NCBI GenBank assembly: GCA_050084515.1
Contig: CM114271.1
Span: 48,174,001-48,238,000 of the forward strand
Reading direction: 5' to 3'
DNA length: 64,000 bases
Origin: Blasia pusilla
Lineage: Eukaryota
Position numbers and translations under genes: made by a program. Positions 1 to 11,681 of the stretch are shown here, one piece after another. The notes beneath the pieces are model-generated. The model ran no database searches. It was not told the DNA's origin and was given only the letters and a program-made list of their open reading frames with translations. Positions within the stretch are counted from its first letter, which is position 1. Every line of letters starts with the position of its first letter.

Positions 1-721
1 AGACCAGGATAAGGAATATAGTCCATCATCCTTGGGAAGACATAGAGAAACAACGACCCGGAAAAGCATCATCCTTCACTTCACGAAACTACTGGATGAG
101 CTGAAAAGTTTCAGTTCCCAAGCGTCGACACCCGCCATCGAGAAATTGACAACGCTCGGATGGAAGCTTCAACGAAACGGGCACGCTCCGTGGACGGTCC
201 ATGGGGTGGTCGAAGAGGTGGCGGTGGATCTCTTGGTCGCTGATTTGCCCTAGGGGTTGCGCTTGTGGGATGAGAATCCGTCCGACGGGGTCCTAGACTG
301 GAATGTCCCCCTTTCTTATGACCAGATCGCGCTCCTATTTTCCTTTGCAGACGCTTATCTCAGTGACATGGGTTGTTTCTTAGTTTTGACTAGAGGGAGC
401 TAGGACGAGCTTTTCAACCTCCAGTACGTCAAGAGGTCGCTGAAGTGGAGGACGATGCAATCGTGGATCATCAAGAACAAGTACCCACTCCGATCCGCGA
501 CGAGTCAAATTCGGGTAAGGCTCTATTCCTCTCTCCAGATTATATTTCTCCGACGGATTGTTTTTGTCCATGAGCAACCCGTCGGAAGGCGACAGGTTGC
601 TGGTTGAGAGCAATCCGTCACTTTCCGACGGATCGCATCATTCCACAAACACAGGGAAAACGCATTACCACCTGCAACCCGTCGGAACCCGACGGGTTGT
701 AGGTGGTAATGCATTTTCCTT
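1..721 (+). mobile_element. Fragment (copy 0) of the MULE-like element: end of ParB-MTase exon 3 plus start of intron 3, inverted relative to copy A
   Basis: Translation ...VVEEVAVDLLVADLP*GLRLWDENPSD...SQIR followed by GTAAGG donor at ~515; matches 27117-27600 in reverse; ends in a hairpin at ~653-721. Confidence 0.85.
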
Positions 722-1555
722 GTTGGAAAAATCTCGTTTTTTATTACCTCCGAAGGAACCTCGGAAATGTACATTTGATGTAGTCTATGATTTCTTCAAC
801 CTCGTCATCTACAAATATACTCCTAACTCTCCTAGGTTCCTCTACAAAAGGAATGTCTTGGGATACAAGTGGCTCCTGTGGCCGATTATAGACGGGGATC
901 GAAAATGTTAGCGAATTTGAGAGCCTTGGCCCCCCCCTAGGTACACCATAACGGTCCCATGTAACCTGATTTGAGTCCCACCGCCTTCCTCGGTGGTATA
1001 TCTTGTACGCTCTATAATGTGACACCCATCCAGTATCAATATGTGCTTCGTCCTTGAAAATACCATGATGGCAATCCCACAAGTAGTAGGAATCCAGCAC
1101 GTCTGAGAGAAGAGAAGAAGCCTACGCCTTGTTTGACGATACTAGGGGAAGGTGCCAAAGTGAAGAAGCCGGCCAAACTGCCTCTTAAGTTGGACCAAGA
1201 GGGAAAGAGTCTGATCACTCACTTAACCAACGTGTTGGAATCCGACAGGTTGCCTAGAAGTGGTTAAAAAGGTGCAGTGGTCAAAAAGTGAAAAGTTGCA
1301 AGTCGTGGAAATCCGACGGGTTGCAAATTAGAAGTCCTCGGAGTACATAGACAATCACAGTCGAAAAGACACAAAAGATATTCAGCAAACTTTTAGAAAC
1401 ACCACCATCGTTCGAAAAAATTTTGTCCTTTATTAGATCCGAAAGAAGCTCGGAACTGTACATTTCATCTATTCTATGAATTATTTTGCCCTCGTCATCA
1501 AATAAATCCCTACTCCAAACGTTGCAATCAAGCTGGGTCCTTGAGTTCTTTGAAC

Positions 1556-4500
1556 TCACTCATCATTGTTCGAGAGCTCTTGCAAAATTACTTTCCGCCT
1601 TGCCCTCCCGATTTTTGGAATCGTGTTAAGTGACGATGGTGTCACTACCAATGGTGGGTGTGGAACCGGAGCTCTCGGCTTCAGAGGAGAGTTGTACGCC
1701 CCAACTAGCCTCTCGTAATCTGCCTTTGCCTCCTTGCAAAGGTCAAATAGTTCCTGCCTTCCCTCGAGGCAGAGAATGTTCGTGCCACTCTGCCAGGCAC
1801 CTTTGATACTCGCCCCTGAAAGGCCTACTAAGTCAAACACCAAGTCACCCAGCCTTGAGCAAAGCTCGATGAGCGTTTGCATCAGGGCTCGCGACTTTTC
1901 CCTTCCTCCAAGTAGTGGCGTACCGTCTTGCATGAAAATTCCCGGGGGGAAATTGTATAAACTATCTAAGCTGTACCCATCGGAGCATGGATCCACAGGA
2001 TCCAGGATCTTAAACACCTAGAAGTTGTGCTCGGGCCGAACGAAGCAATAAACATAGGAGTGGTCCATCTGTAAAGAAGCACGTTGGAAACAATGTCAGC
2101 AACTTGGCCAATGGTCTACTCTCAGTATGGTGACATAATGTGCAACACGTCCCCAAAGAACTTCGCTTAACCCCAGAGAACTTCTTTATAATACTAACAT
2201 TGGAGCAACCGGTTGTAGTCCGACGGGTTGTTTTTGTCCATGACCAATCCGTCGGAAGGCGACGGGTTGCTCGCTTAGACCCTGTCGGACAAATTCTCAT
2301 CCCACAAGCGCAACCCCGAGGGCAAATTAGCGACCAAGAGATCCACCGCCACCTCTTTGACCACCCCATGGACCGTCCAGGGAGCGTGCCCGTTTCGTTG
2401 AAGCTTCTATCCCAACGTTGTCAATTTCTCAATGGCGGGTGTCGACGCTTGGGAATTGAAACTTTTCAGCTCATCCACTAGATTCGTGAAGTGAAGGATG
2501 ACGCTTGTCCGGGTCGTTGTTTCTCTATGTCTTCCCAAGGATGATGGACTGTATTCCACATCCTAGTGTGCTCCTTGGGACAACCCTGGCGCCTCTCGCT
2601 TCCACTTCTCCTCAGTCTGCGGTCTGCTTGTTGGGGTCTCTATGACCTCAGACTCTTGTGGGGTTTTTCTCGCGGAGGAACTGGTCCGACCCTCTCTCCC
2701 CGCTCGCTCGGACGATTTCGACTCTGGCCTTGAATCTTCAGCCTCTCTTTGGGAAGACTCGGCCTCGGAATTCTTCGATCCCCTCGCCTTGCCTTTGAGA
2801 CCCGCTGTAGATTTTTCTTTGGTTTTGTGGACCTTGGACGCCAACTCCGCTGTCTCGAGGGCTTGCTCTTCCGCATCTCCTTCGAAAAAGTCTTCATGCT
2901 GCACAAAATTGGGGATGCCGTCCCTACCTGCGGCCACCGCATCATAAAGCAGGCGTAGATCTTTCTCCGTTATGTCCTCAGGGTCGTTGAAGTCCATCCA
3001 AATCGGGCAATTCTCCACCTCCCAATTGGACATGCTATGAGCCATCTCCGTGAATGTCTCTCCATCAGGCGGAGAAGCCCATAATTTGCAGGCTGCCGGT
3101 ATTTTTTGCCAGGTACCTGCATTCTTACAATGGACGAGGTACCTGAACACCATGCGTTGGGCAGCTCTTTAGTCGAACTGCATTGGCCGCTTGCTCCTGA
3201 AGATCTCGCTTCTTCTTTGCAAAATCCCTTTTCTTCCCCTCAATTTCTTCGTCAAGGTCTGCCTGAGGGAGGATGCAATCCTTGAACATCATCCTGAAAC
3301 CTGGGTTTTTGATGGGCTTGTCCCGGATGTCATCGAGCCAAAGTTTGAAATCATCAGCACTCTCTAGGTTTGCTTCCTCCACAAGTGGCTCTATTCTTTT
3401 CAGCTCTGCTTGGAGACCGTCGAGCATGGACTTCCCGATAAGCCGCAACGCATCCCAGAATAACCATTTGCGGAGCCAATGGGAGATCAGTCGATCAGAG
3501 ACACCCAGAGGATGGTGTGCCGCCCTCTTTTGGGCCTCTGTGCCCTCGAGACTAATTTTCATCAATCGTATTCTCGTAAATTTTCTTATTCCAGGCAAGG
3601 CAAATCGATGCACGCGATCGAGAGACACTTTCTCCCCAATCCGACCTTGTGGATATTCATCCCTTTTTCCGTTGGCGCTTGATTATCGCCTTCAGCTCCT
3701 TGTAGAAATCAGGACCAAGTTCGGGGTTGAGAATGGCAATGTAGCGCTGCATCTTGCTTGCCGTGTACTTCATAGCTGCAGATACTGCACCTTGGATGAA
3801 TTTTGCACGCTCAGACACAGACACTTTCTGCCTCCGCTCCAGCTCCAATGCAACACTCTTCTTGGCGGCCTGTATCTTCGACCAGCAAAGGATTGTCACG
3901 GCTGCATCTTGGGTAATAAATTTATTTGCCCTAGTCTTCTTTTTTATTTGTGCACCCTTTGCCAACATCTCATTTACAAGGGCGTCGCCCAAGAACCCCT
4001 TGTACTGTGTCGGGTGCGTCGTTAGCACTTTCTTCACCCGATCGCAATCCTGGATCCAGTGGTGGGTGACATTTCCCTCCGATACAATCCTGCACATCCA
4101 AACTCAATCTAAGAAATTTTGTAAGGTACATGGGTTCCTGCAACCCGTCGGACTCCGACAGGTCGTTACAGCTCAAGGTCGGATTGTAGCAACTAGCTAA
4201 ATTTTGCAACCCATCGAAGTCCAACGGATTGCATTCAGATTTGTGATTGCCTGGTTTCAACCCGTCGGACTCCGACGGGTTGTTAGATAGTCGGTATCAA
4301 AAGTGAAGATATCAACCCGTCGGAGTCTGACAAGTTGCGCAATGTCAATGAAAACTGCAATTTGACGCCAAAAATGTAGCTCCCAACTTTCAAATGCAAC
4401 CTGTCGGACCCCGTCGAGTTGCTTTCGGCCAAAAACCTCCAAAAATAGCTTCAAGTCAAGCAACCCGTCGGACTCTGACGAGTTTCTTTCTTCAAAAAAC

Positions 4501-6018
4501 ATCCAAAAAATGCGGCCACTCGAGCAACTCGTCGGACTCCGACGAGTTGCTTTCTTCAAAATACATCCAAAGAATGCGGCCATTCAAGCAACTCGTCAAA
4601 CTCCGACGAGTTGCTTTGGGCCAAAAACATCCTAAACCTGTGGTCAGTCGAACAACTCGTCGGAGTCCGAGGAGTTGGCCAAAAGCATCCTAAACCAGTG
4701 TTCAGTCGAGCAACTCGTCGGAGTCCGACAAGTTGCTTTCCAGATGTTGCACCCCAAAAATAGTGGCGAGTCAAACATCTTGTCGGAGTCCGACGGTTTG
4801 CAGCAAGAAGAAACTTACGTGTTCATGGCATGCATGGCCATCTCCACCGTTGCCATGTGATGAGGGTATGGATGAAGCACCACTGCCTTCACGCAAAAAT
4901 GTGCCTCCAAGGAGTTTGGGCGCTCCTCTGCAAACTTTGTCCACGCCATGAACCTGTGATTTCCATCCCAGATGAAGAAATATAGGTTCCTCATCCTGCT
5001 GAATTCCGTCCCCTCTATCGCCCTTCTGAATTCCTGATCTTTCATCCTCCAGAATGTGTCGAGCGATTCCAAGTCCTCCTCCATAATGAGTGCTTAGGTT
5101 CCATGGCCATTATAAGGCTGAACATAGAACGGAGGGAAGTTGTCGACGTAGGATGTTGTCGCCGTCGATTGTTTGAGCTTCGCAATATCCTCGTCAGACT
5201 GAATTTCGCGGACGTACTCCATTGTCCGCAATCGGCAGAGTGGAATTCTCCGAGCGTTGTGGCCCTCCATCAGTGCCATCTGCTTTACCACCTGTCACAA
5301 CGGGGACAAGATCAATAAGCTACACTGAATTGCCAATGAATTGCAACATGGACCTTCACATAATTCAAAAAACACAGATCCTCTCTTACGCGCTCGAAGA
5401 TTGGGTCGGTGTCTTGGCCAGCCAACTGCTCTGAGATAGCAGTTGGCAAGTCCACTGGAAACTCGTCGATCCGATAGAGGTCGATTTCTTCCGCCGGGCT
5501 TAGAGACGAGGATGACCGCTCTCCTGCTTCTTCAGCGATGTCCACCATCTCCATGCTGGCGATCATCATGACCTCATCGTCCGTGACTTGAACTTTGGCC
5601 GTTTCCGCTATATTGATTGTGTCCTCGGACTTCATCCGGGACATTTTCCGCATCTCAACACTTTTGGTTGGACGGGCAGGGCTTTCTTCAATGGCTATTT
5701 CTTTTTCCCTCCGAGCTTTAGCCAATTCTGCTCTCCTCACCGACGCATCTAGACGCTTCGTTTCTCGCTTTTCGTCGGCGACCCTTTCTTCAAGGCCTGC
5801 GACGCCTCAACCTCTGCGTTTTGTTTATCGAGCGCCTCCTGTACACGTTTTGCAAGAAACTCCTGCTTGTGCATCTCCGCTTCCCTTTCCTGCTCCTCAA
5901 TTTCTTGTTGCCTTATCTCATTGGCCGAACGAGGCCCTAGAGATGGTGATCCAGGAGTCCTCATGGACTTGGGAGTGAAGTTCCCACCCTTGTTTGCTTG
6001 AGATTTTTTCCTCGTCAT
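1556..6018 (-). pseudogene. ParB/Srx-like + beta-class DNA amino-methyltransferase-like fusion gene, 4 coding exons, disrupted
   Basis: ATG 6018; intron 1 5389-5292 (phase 0); exon 2 5291-4819 with RIPLCRLRTMEYVREIQSDEDIAKLKQS...FFIWDGNHRFMAW...VKAVVL...AMHAMN; intron 2 4818-4090 (AC|G joins in frame); last exon has EKSRALMQTLIELCSRLGDLVFDLVGLSGASIKGAWQSGTNILCLE; frameshifts, stops and a deletion near 2290. Confidence 0.82.
4394..4802. repeat. Tandem array of ~65-bp units, each with a GCAAC(C/T)CGTCGGA-N-TCCGACG(G/A)GTTGC palindrome, inside intron 2
   Basis: Palindromes near 4395, 4460, 4524, 4589, 4652, 4710, 4775; intervening sequences are homologous to each other. Confidence 0.85.
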
Positions 6019-6106
6019 TTTTCCCAAAAATGCCTCCACCTATGTGCACGATGAATCGCTTGATGAGTCGCCTTGCTGATGTCGAGATGAGTTGCCTTGA
6101 TGGGTA

Positions 6107-6180
6107 GCTCGAATTGTCTCGCGATTGTTCGCTCGAATCGTCTCGCGATCGTTCGCTCGTATCGTCTCGCGATGAGTCAC
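6107..6180 (-). repeat. Short tandem repeat (~23 bp x3, CGATCGCGAGACGATTCGAG-like) upstream of the ParB-MTase ATG
   Basis: Also present at ~62935-63005 in copy H. Confidence 0.7.
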
Positions 6181-6273
6181 CGTGTAAAGCGCCCCTTGGT
6201 ATCTGGTCAGTTGCTGCGCGGGAGAGCAATTGAGATCGCAAAATGAAAAACCGGAAATGAGCGATTTCTCCCC

Positions 6274-7231
6274 TATTTATACTTTTCGAGCCGTTGGGCT
6301 GACCGTTGGGTCGCATCGTCCTTCCGACGGCGACGTGCCGGCCGTTACGGAGGTACCCGCGCAATCCGTCGGAGACCATTGGATTGCACGCTTCCCTCAT
6401 CAAGGGATAACAAAGCGGGCTTCCCGCACAACTTGTCGGAGGCCGACAAGTTGCATGCTTCCTTCATGTAAGCGAAACAAGGCAAGGCCCTTGCGCAACC
6501 CGTCTAAGGGCGACGGGTTGCACGCCTCGCCGTCTTTGGGCAAGAAGGTGCAGCACCCGTGGAACTCGTCGGAAACAGACGGTTTGCACGCTTCCTTCAT
6601 GTAAGTGTTACACCGTGAGATGATTGGGCAACCCGTCTGATGCTGACGGGTTGCGCGCCTCCGCCGTCTCCGGGCATGAAGGCGCGGTATCCGCGCAACT
6701 TCGTTGACGGGTTGCCAACCTCGTTCATGTTTGCGTTACAAGGTAAAGCAGAAGCGTGCAACCTGTCCAAAGCCTACGGGTTGCACGCCTTGCTTAGCTT
6801 GGGTTAATAGTTGAGTTACCAGGGCAAGCCGTCGGTTATCGACAGGTTGCACACTTTCCTATCCCTCGGGAAACAATGCGACAACGTATTGTTCCGAGGA
6901 AACCCATTGCAATCCGACGGGTCACAACATGTACCATGAGTTGGAAAATCCCGAAAAAACAAGCGATATCTTTTGTTTGATGCTAGCAAAATCGCCTCAA
7001 AAGATCTTTGGTCGGCAAGAAGGGTGTACCAACCCAACGGACTCCGACAGGTTCCAACAAAATGAAGTGTGCTTCGCAACCCACGTCTCTGCTTCCCAAA
7101 TTCTATAACCCACCTGACTCCAACAGGTTGCAAGAGAATTGAATCCATTGTGTCAAAAAATTTCACCTACCAAACTTCATCTTGTCAGTCAAATTTTGTC
7201 AGGAGAATCTGAGTTCCTATTCAATATAAAT
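6274..7231. promoter_or_regulatory. Putative bidirectional promoter region with two outward TATA boxes flanking a palindrome array
   Basis: TATAAATA on - strand at 6274-6281 (copy H 62830-62837); TATAAAT at 7225-7231 (copy H ~61574-61580); about ten degenerate CAACCCGTC/GACGGGTTG palindromes between them. Confidence 0.55.
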
Positions 7232-7276
7232 TAAACATTCTCATTCTCATTCTTCTCCCGTTGGAATCTTCTAGGA

Positions 7277-10200
7277 ATGGATAATTATGTGAAGCTCACT
7301 TGTGGCAGTCATCTAGAAATCAATCAGAAATCGTTCGACCGCAAGCTCTTGAGTCTTTCATAGCAGTGGATGAAAATTTTCTCTCAGTTCGATTTCTTCT
7401 CCAAATTGGAACCATCTTTGTATCCAAGGATGTTAGGATGGACAGTACAGAGGACATTATAGGTGAGACAGTCCAGCCAGTGATTGCAGACCGTAAAGTA
7501 TGGAATCTCCTACCTCTAGCAAATGGTCAATACAAAGTTTACGGCTTGCCCCTAAATTCCTTTGTTTCCCAAGTAGACGGTCGAGAATTTCCTAGTGCAT
7601 CGAGCTCTACGTTTGCAACTCCTAGCTCAGTAGATCTGGCTTTGACTCCAACTTCACACGCTCGTAACAATGTTGTTCTTCCTGAAGAGATTCCGGATGT
7701 TATCAACCTCAATGGATATGTCGGACACCAACTGGGCCCTCTGTCCGCCTACTCATTCCTCTTGCGAGTATCAGGCAATAGTTTGCTTTCTTCTCTGGCC
7801 TTGAAAATATTCAAGCATATTCTTGTCGACGAGCTGCCACCCACGTACCATGGTAATTGCATTTTTTAGTTGCCTCCACTTGTTTCTCCTGCTCAAAAGA
7901 TAGATGGAGGACGCTTGAAGGGTATGGACAGAAATTTTGATTGTCATCGATGGTGCAGGCTTCAACGGACTAGTGCTTCAATTCCAGATGGTCCTTGGAT
8001 TTTCTCTCGCCGCCAATGCGTTGGAGCCTTGGAGTGTAGAAGTCCAGCATGCCCGTATTTAGAGCGCAATGGGCGAGTCAATACGTCGTAATTCCCCCCC
8101 AAGAATGCAGAAACTCCATACGAGGTCAGTGCCACCATACCGCCGGGAGGACATCGATGTCCTCATTGTCAGGCATCCCCCTTCTACGTTGGAGCGTGTC
8201 CTGCATACATATTTTTCATTCTCCACGACTTGGGCTCCACGTCAGAGTACACAAGGCTGGCAGTTCATGTTGGCTCCCACACTTATCCTGTGACCGATGC
8301 AATTCAGAGACACATCAAGGAGGATGTGGCAAAGAAAGTTGCCGAGGTCTACAGAAACTCTCCGGGTTCAAAGCCCGGAGTGATCAAGCTCACAACAGCA
8401 TCACAAATTTGTGAACAATTGCTTGGAATCCCTCGATAGGGGGAGATCACGTCGGCTAAGGAGAAACAACTCTACAAAAATCTCGCATTTCTTGCTGATC
8501 CTGAATGCTTCCGGAATTTGCTGCGTCAAATACGGGTTTTGGATGGAAAGACGGCCAAAATGAATGCCATCACCTGAATCAAGGCCAACTCCAAATTTCC
8601 ATTCATTCAGAGATGGCAGTTCATGGGCCAAGGAGGCAAGGGATCCAGGTCGGTCAAGTGGCCTCGACCTTATAGATGGAATGAGGGAAGGGGAAGATCT
8701 TTACGGCAGCTGGGTAAGCTTTGATATTTGCTATAGAGTGCTGAACGGATGGTTGACAATGGGTGCTCACGTTTATGACCATGTGGAGAAGGGACTCAAA
8801 ACTATATTTGTCTATGAAGTAAAAGCAGAAGACGTTGGCAGTTTGAAGATGTGCTAGTTACTCTTATTGGAGGTGGTGAAGGAAAACAAAAGGCCACCTC
8901 CGGAAATTTATGGGTTCATGGCGGACAATGCACAACCAGGGTGGATTGCTATCAGGGAAGTGTTCTCGGGTGGAGAGGTTCAACCGGAGAGGGAAAGGTC
9001 GGATGCTTTCCATTGGCAAGAGTCTGTGACCCGGTACACCAAATCTTGCATCAAGGAGAATAAGAGGACAAAGCATGTCGCTCTACTCGAACGCTGCAAG
9101 GACAACAAAACCTTGAAACAGGCCATGGAATGCCAAGAAGAACTTCAAGGGTGGTGGAGGAAGCATGCGATTGAGGGGAAGTAAAAAGGGTTGTGCTCTT
9201 GGTTGAGTTGGTGGACTGTACGTATGAGACAATGGGGAAACTTCATGCGGCAGGTAAGTTCACTATTTCGTGTTGTCAAGCTCACGCTGAGAATTGTTTG
9301 TAAAGTTGCAGCTCAAGTTGAGAAGCATGGGAACTATAGGGATTTCAAACCGAAGAAACCAAGCAATTTTTTGGATGCGACAAGTTGCCCGAGTGTGCAA
9401 CCTGTTCGAAACGGACGGGTTGCCTGAGTGTGCAACCAGTCGGAAACCGACGGGTTGCATCCAGAATTTTGGTGCAACCCGTATACAAATATGCAAGTCG
9501 CATGTTTACAAGGCCTGCAAATAGTTCAACCCGGATGGGTTTCGGATGACTTGCACTTGGATCTTCTTGCCCGGAGTGGCCAAAGGTTCTTGCAACCTGT
9601 CGGAATCGGACGGGTTGCAGTAGGTGTTTCGTGGGTGTTGCAACACGTCGGGAACCGAGGGGTTGCAGAGTCGTTCATGGGATACCTCGGCCTTACAACC
9701 CGTCTGGTTCCGAAAGGTAGCTTATTTCTTTGACTTCTGAGCTATTTTCGTTCCCTTCTAACATTGCCATCGTTGCAGGGATTGAACATTCATGAAAATA
9801 CCCTCTGCCCCAACACAAGTGGAGCAGAAAGTGTTCATTCCTCCTGGAGGTCGTCACAAGCATGCCAACAAATTTCACTTGTGGAGGCATGCCAACAAGA
9901 CCAAGCAAGAGCAATGCTACAGTCTGCAACATCCCATATCTTCCTCACAAAAGGCATAACAAAAGGAAGGGGGTCTTCGATCTACGAGCTCTATGTCAGG
10001 GCGGCTGTGAGATCTGGTGATGAAAAACTCTATGTGAATGCCTTCAACTGGTGCGTAGCTGGAACTCCCCTCAAGCAAGACGTACACATTGGTGGGGACA
10101 TTTGTGGGCGGGTTTCAAGATGTCCCATACAGATGGTGGTAGAGCAGTCCGAACGAGACTCGTGGAGACCAGATAAGTATCTTGATTTCACGCAACTGAA

Positions 10201-10345
10201 GAGGCAGCATCGAGGAACGAATCCGGTGATTGATTTGGATGAGGAAATTACGCCGCCCAGGTATTCGGGGACCCCGGACCGCTCCCAAATCCATGATGGA
10301 GTAACTTCTCCAACATCAGTGAATGAAAATTGTGGGACTGCTTAA
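7277..10345 (+). pseudogene. Mutator-like (MULE) DDE transposase, 2 exons, disrupted, C-terminus deleted
   Basis: ATG 7277 (MDNYVKLTCG); Zn finger CRSPAC...CPHC...HTYP; WVSFDICYRV (D), GFMADNA (D), DAFHW; intron 9254-9778 (GTAAGT...TTGCAG, phase 0); PNTSGAESVHSSW (E). Confidence 0.85.
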
Positions 10346-10599
10346 TAATTGAGCAAAAAAGTGCAAAAAAATTCACACAAAAAGTTTCCTCTCTTCAACT
10401 CAACGGAAAATCTCCTTAAAAAAAAGTATCTATTTCGGTTGAAGGTAGTTTCCTCTCTCCTCTCTTCCTCTCTTCCTCTCCTCTTACCGCACCTCGAAAG
10501 ATTCTATGTAGAGTCAAGAAGTGCTCAACGTCTTTTCAAGGGATGTAGTACTTCTTTGGGGCTAACATTGATCGTTCCATGTGCAATAACATTGATTTT

Positions 10600-11280
10600 T
10601 TATAAGAATGTAGTAGTAGGATATGACGCGAGCGATATCGTGGGAACCGGTTTATACAAAATTGTAGACCATTGTAAAATAAGAGGAATGCATGGCTTTA
10701 GGGAAGAAATGTACTATTGCATGATGGTGTATAAGGAATCATCTCTATCATGATCTAGAAAATTGATGATTCGCGAGCTATTATTTTACATCGCAGTGTT
10801 GTTTGCATGGTGGGAAGGTTGATCGAGGATCCACCAAGTGCCATTTTTCCATATTGGAATGGTGGATACCTCGAAAACTGGTTGCGAGCATGCCATAACT
10901 TGAAGAACAGTGGGGGTAATCTAGGAGAGTTGGAAAAGATGAGATGTCTCCCAATAGCATCAAATTTTGTCCAGCTTGTGGTTGCCCTTCTTGGTACCTT
11001 GGAGATTGTCCACAAGCGTGGGGTTTTTCATACCAAACTCCATGCTAGAAACATGTTCATCCATTTTGGATCCAACTCTAGCCCATACATCGGCGTTGGA
11101 GATTGGGGAAATGCCATGTGGACTGATGAAATCTTAGAGTCTCATAGATGGTGGCAACATGAAAAAAAAATCATGTTAGGAATATAGCACCAGAGTTGAC
11201 ATCAGGGCCTCTGAATCTCCCTTTCACCAAGGCCACTAACATCTATGCCCTATGGATGATTGTGAAGAATTTGAACTATG
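10600..11280 (+). pseudogene. Decayed protein-kinase-like sequence
   Basis: IVGTGLYKIV (Gly-loop-like), VHKRGVFHTKLHARNMFI (catalytic-loop-like, Asp lost), IGVGDWG (DFG-like), ATNIYALW (subdomain IX-like); broken frames. Confidence 0.55.
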
Positions 11281-11681
11281 TGACATACAACCTCTCTGTC
11301 GGGAATATATGCCCAAGCGAATGTGAAATTTACTTATTTGGAAAGGATTCAAAAGTGGGCATTAGCTTTGAATCCCTTTGATCACAAAAGCTTAGATTTT
11401 CTTATTGCATATATCAGAGCAAATGCAAAAGTATGAGGTGTACACGATGTAGATTTGGGATTAAGGCTAGTAAGAATGGTAGTGCGATTGTAAATCCATT
11501 TGAGGATTAGATATTTTTCATGATAAATGAAAGACTTGGTTCAAAAAGATGAATATGTTACTAAGAATTTTTGTAAATGATTAAGCTTGATTGATGTATG
11601 GATATATCGTGTGTCATCATATCACTATTATTGGAATCATTTCTAAATCACCTTTATTTTTGTATTTTGGTAAAAGACAAG

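Larger units (their letters stand above)
722..10495. mobile_element. Copy A, the most complete copy of the ~12-kb MULE-like transposon (left end missing, SWIM region deleted)
   Basis: Contains ParB-MTase gene (-), palindrome-rich spacer and transposase (+); ends in right terminus ...CTCTTCCTCTCCTCTTACCGCACCTC at 10495; colinear with other copies. Confidence 0.88.

Noticed and set aside
4394-4802. CRISPR array (palindromic ~29-bp repeats with ~36-bp spacers)
   Set aside because: Spacers are homologous to one another, repeats are degenerate, the array is inside a spliceosomal intron and there are no cas genes
1556-6018. Bacterial or phage contamination / prophage ParB-methylase operon
   Set aside because: Phase-compatible GT-AG introns, TATA boxes and interleaving with Copia, Gypsy, LINE and ATAT1 show eukaryotic integration
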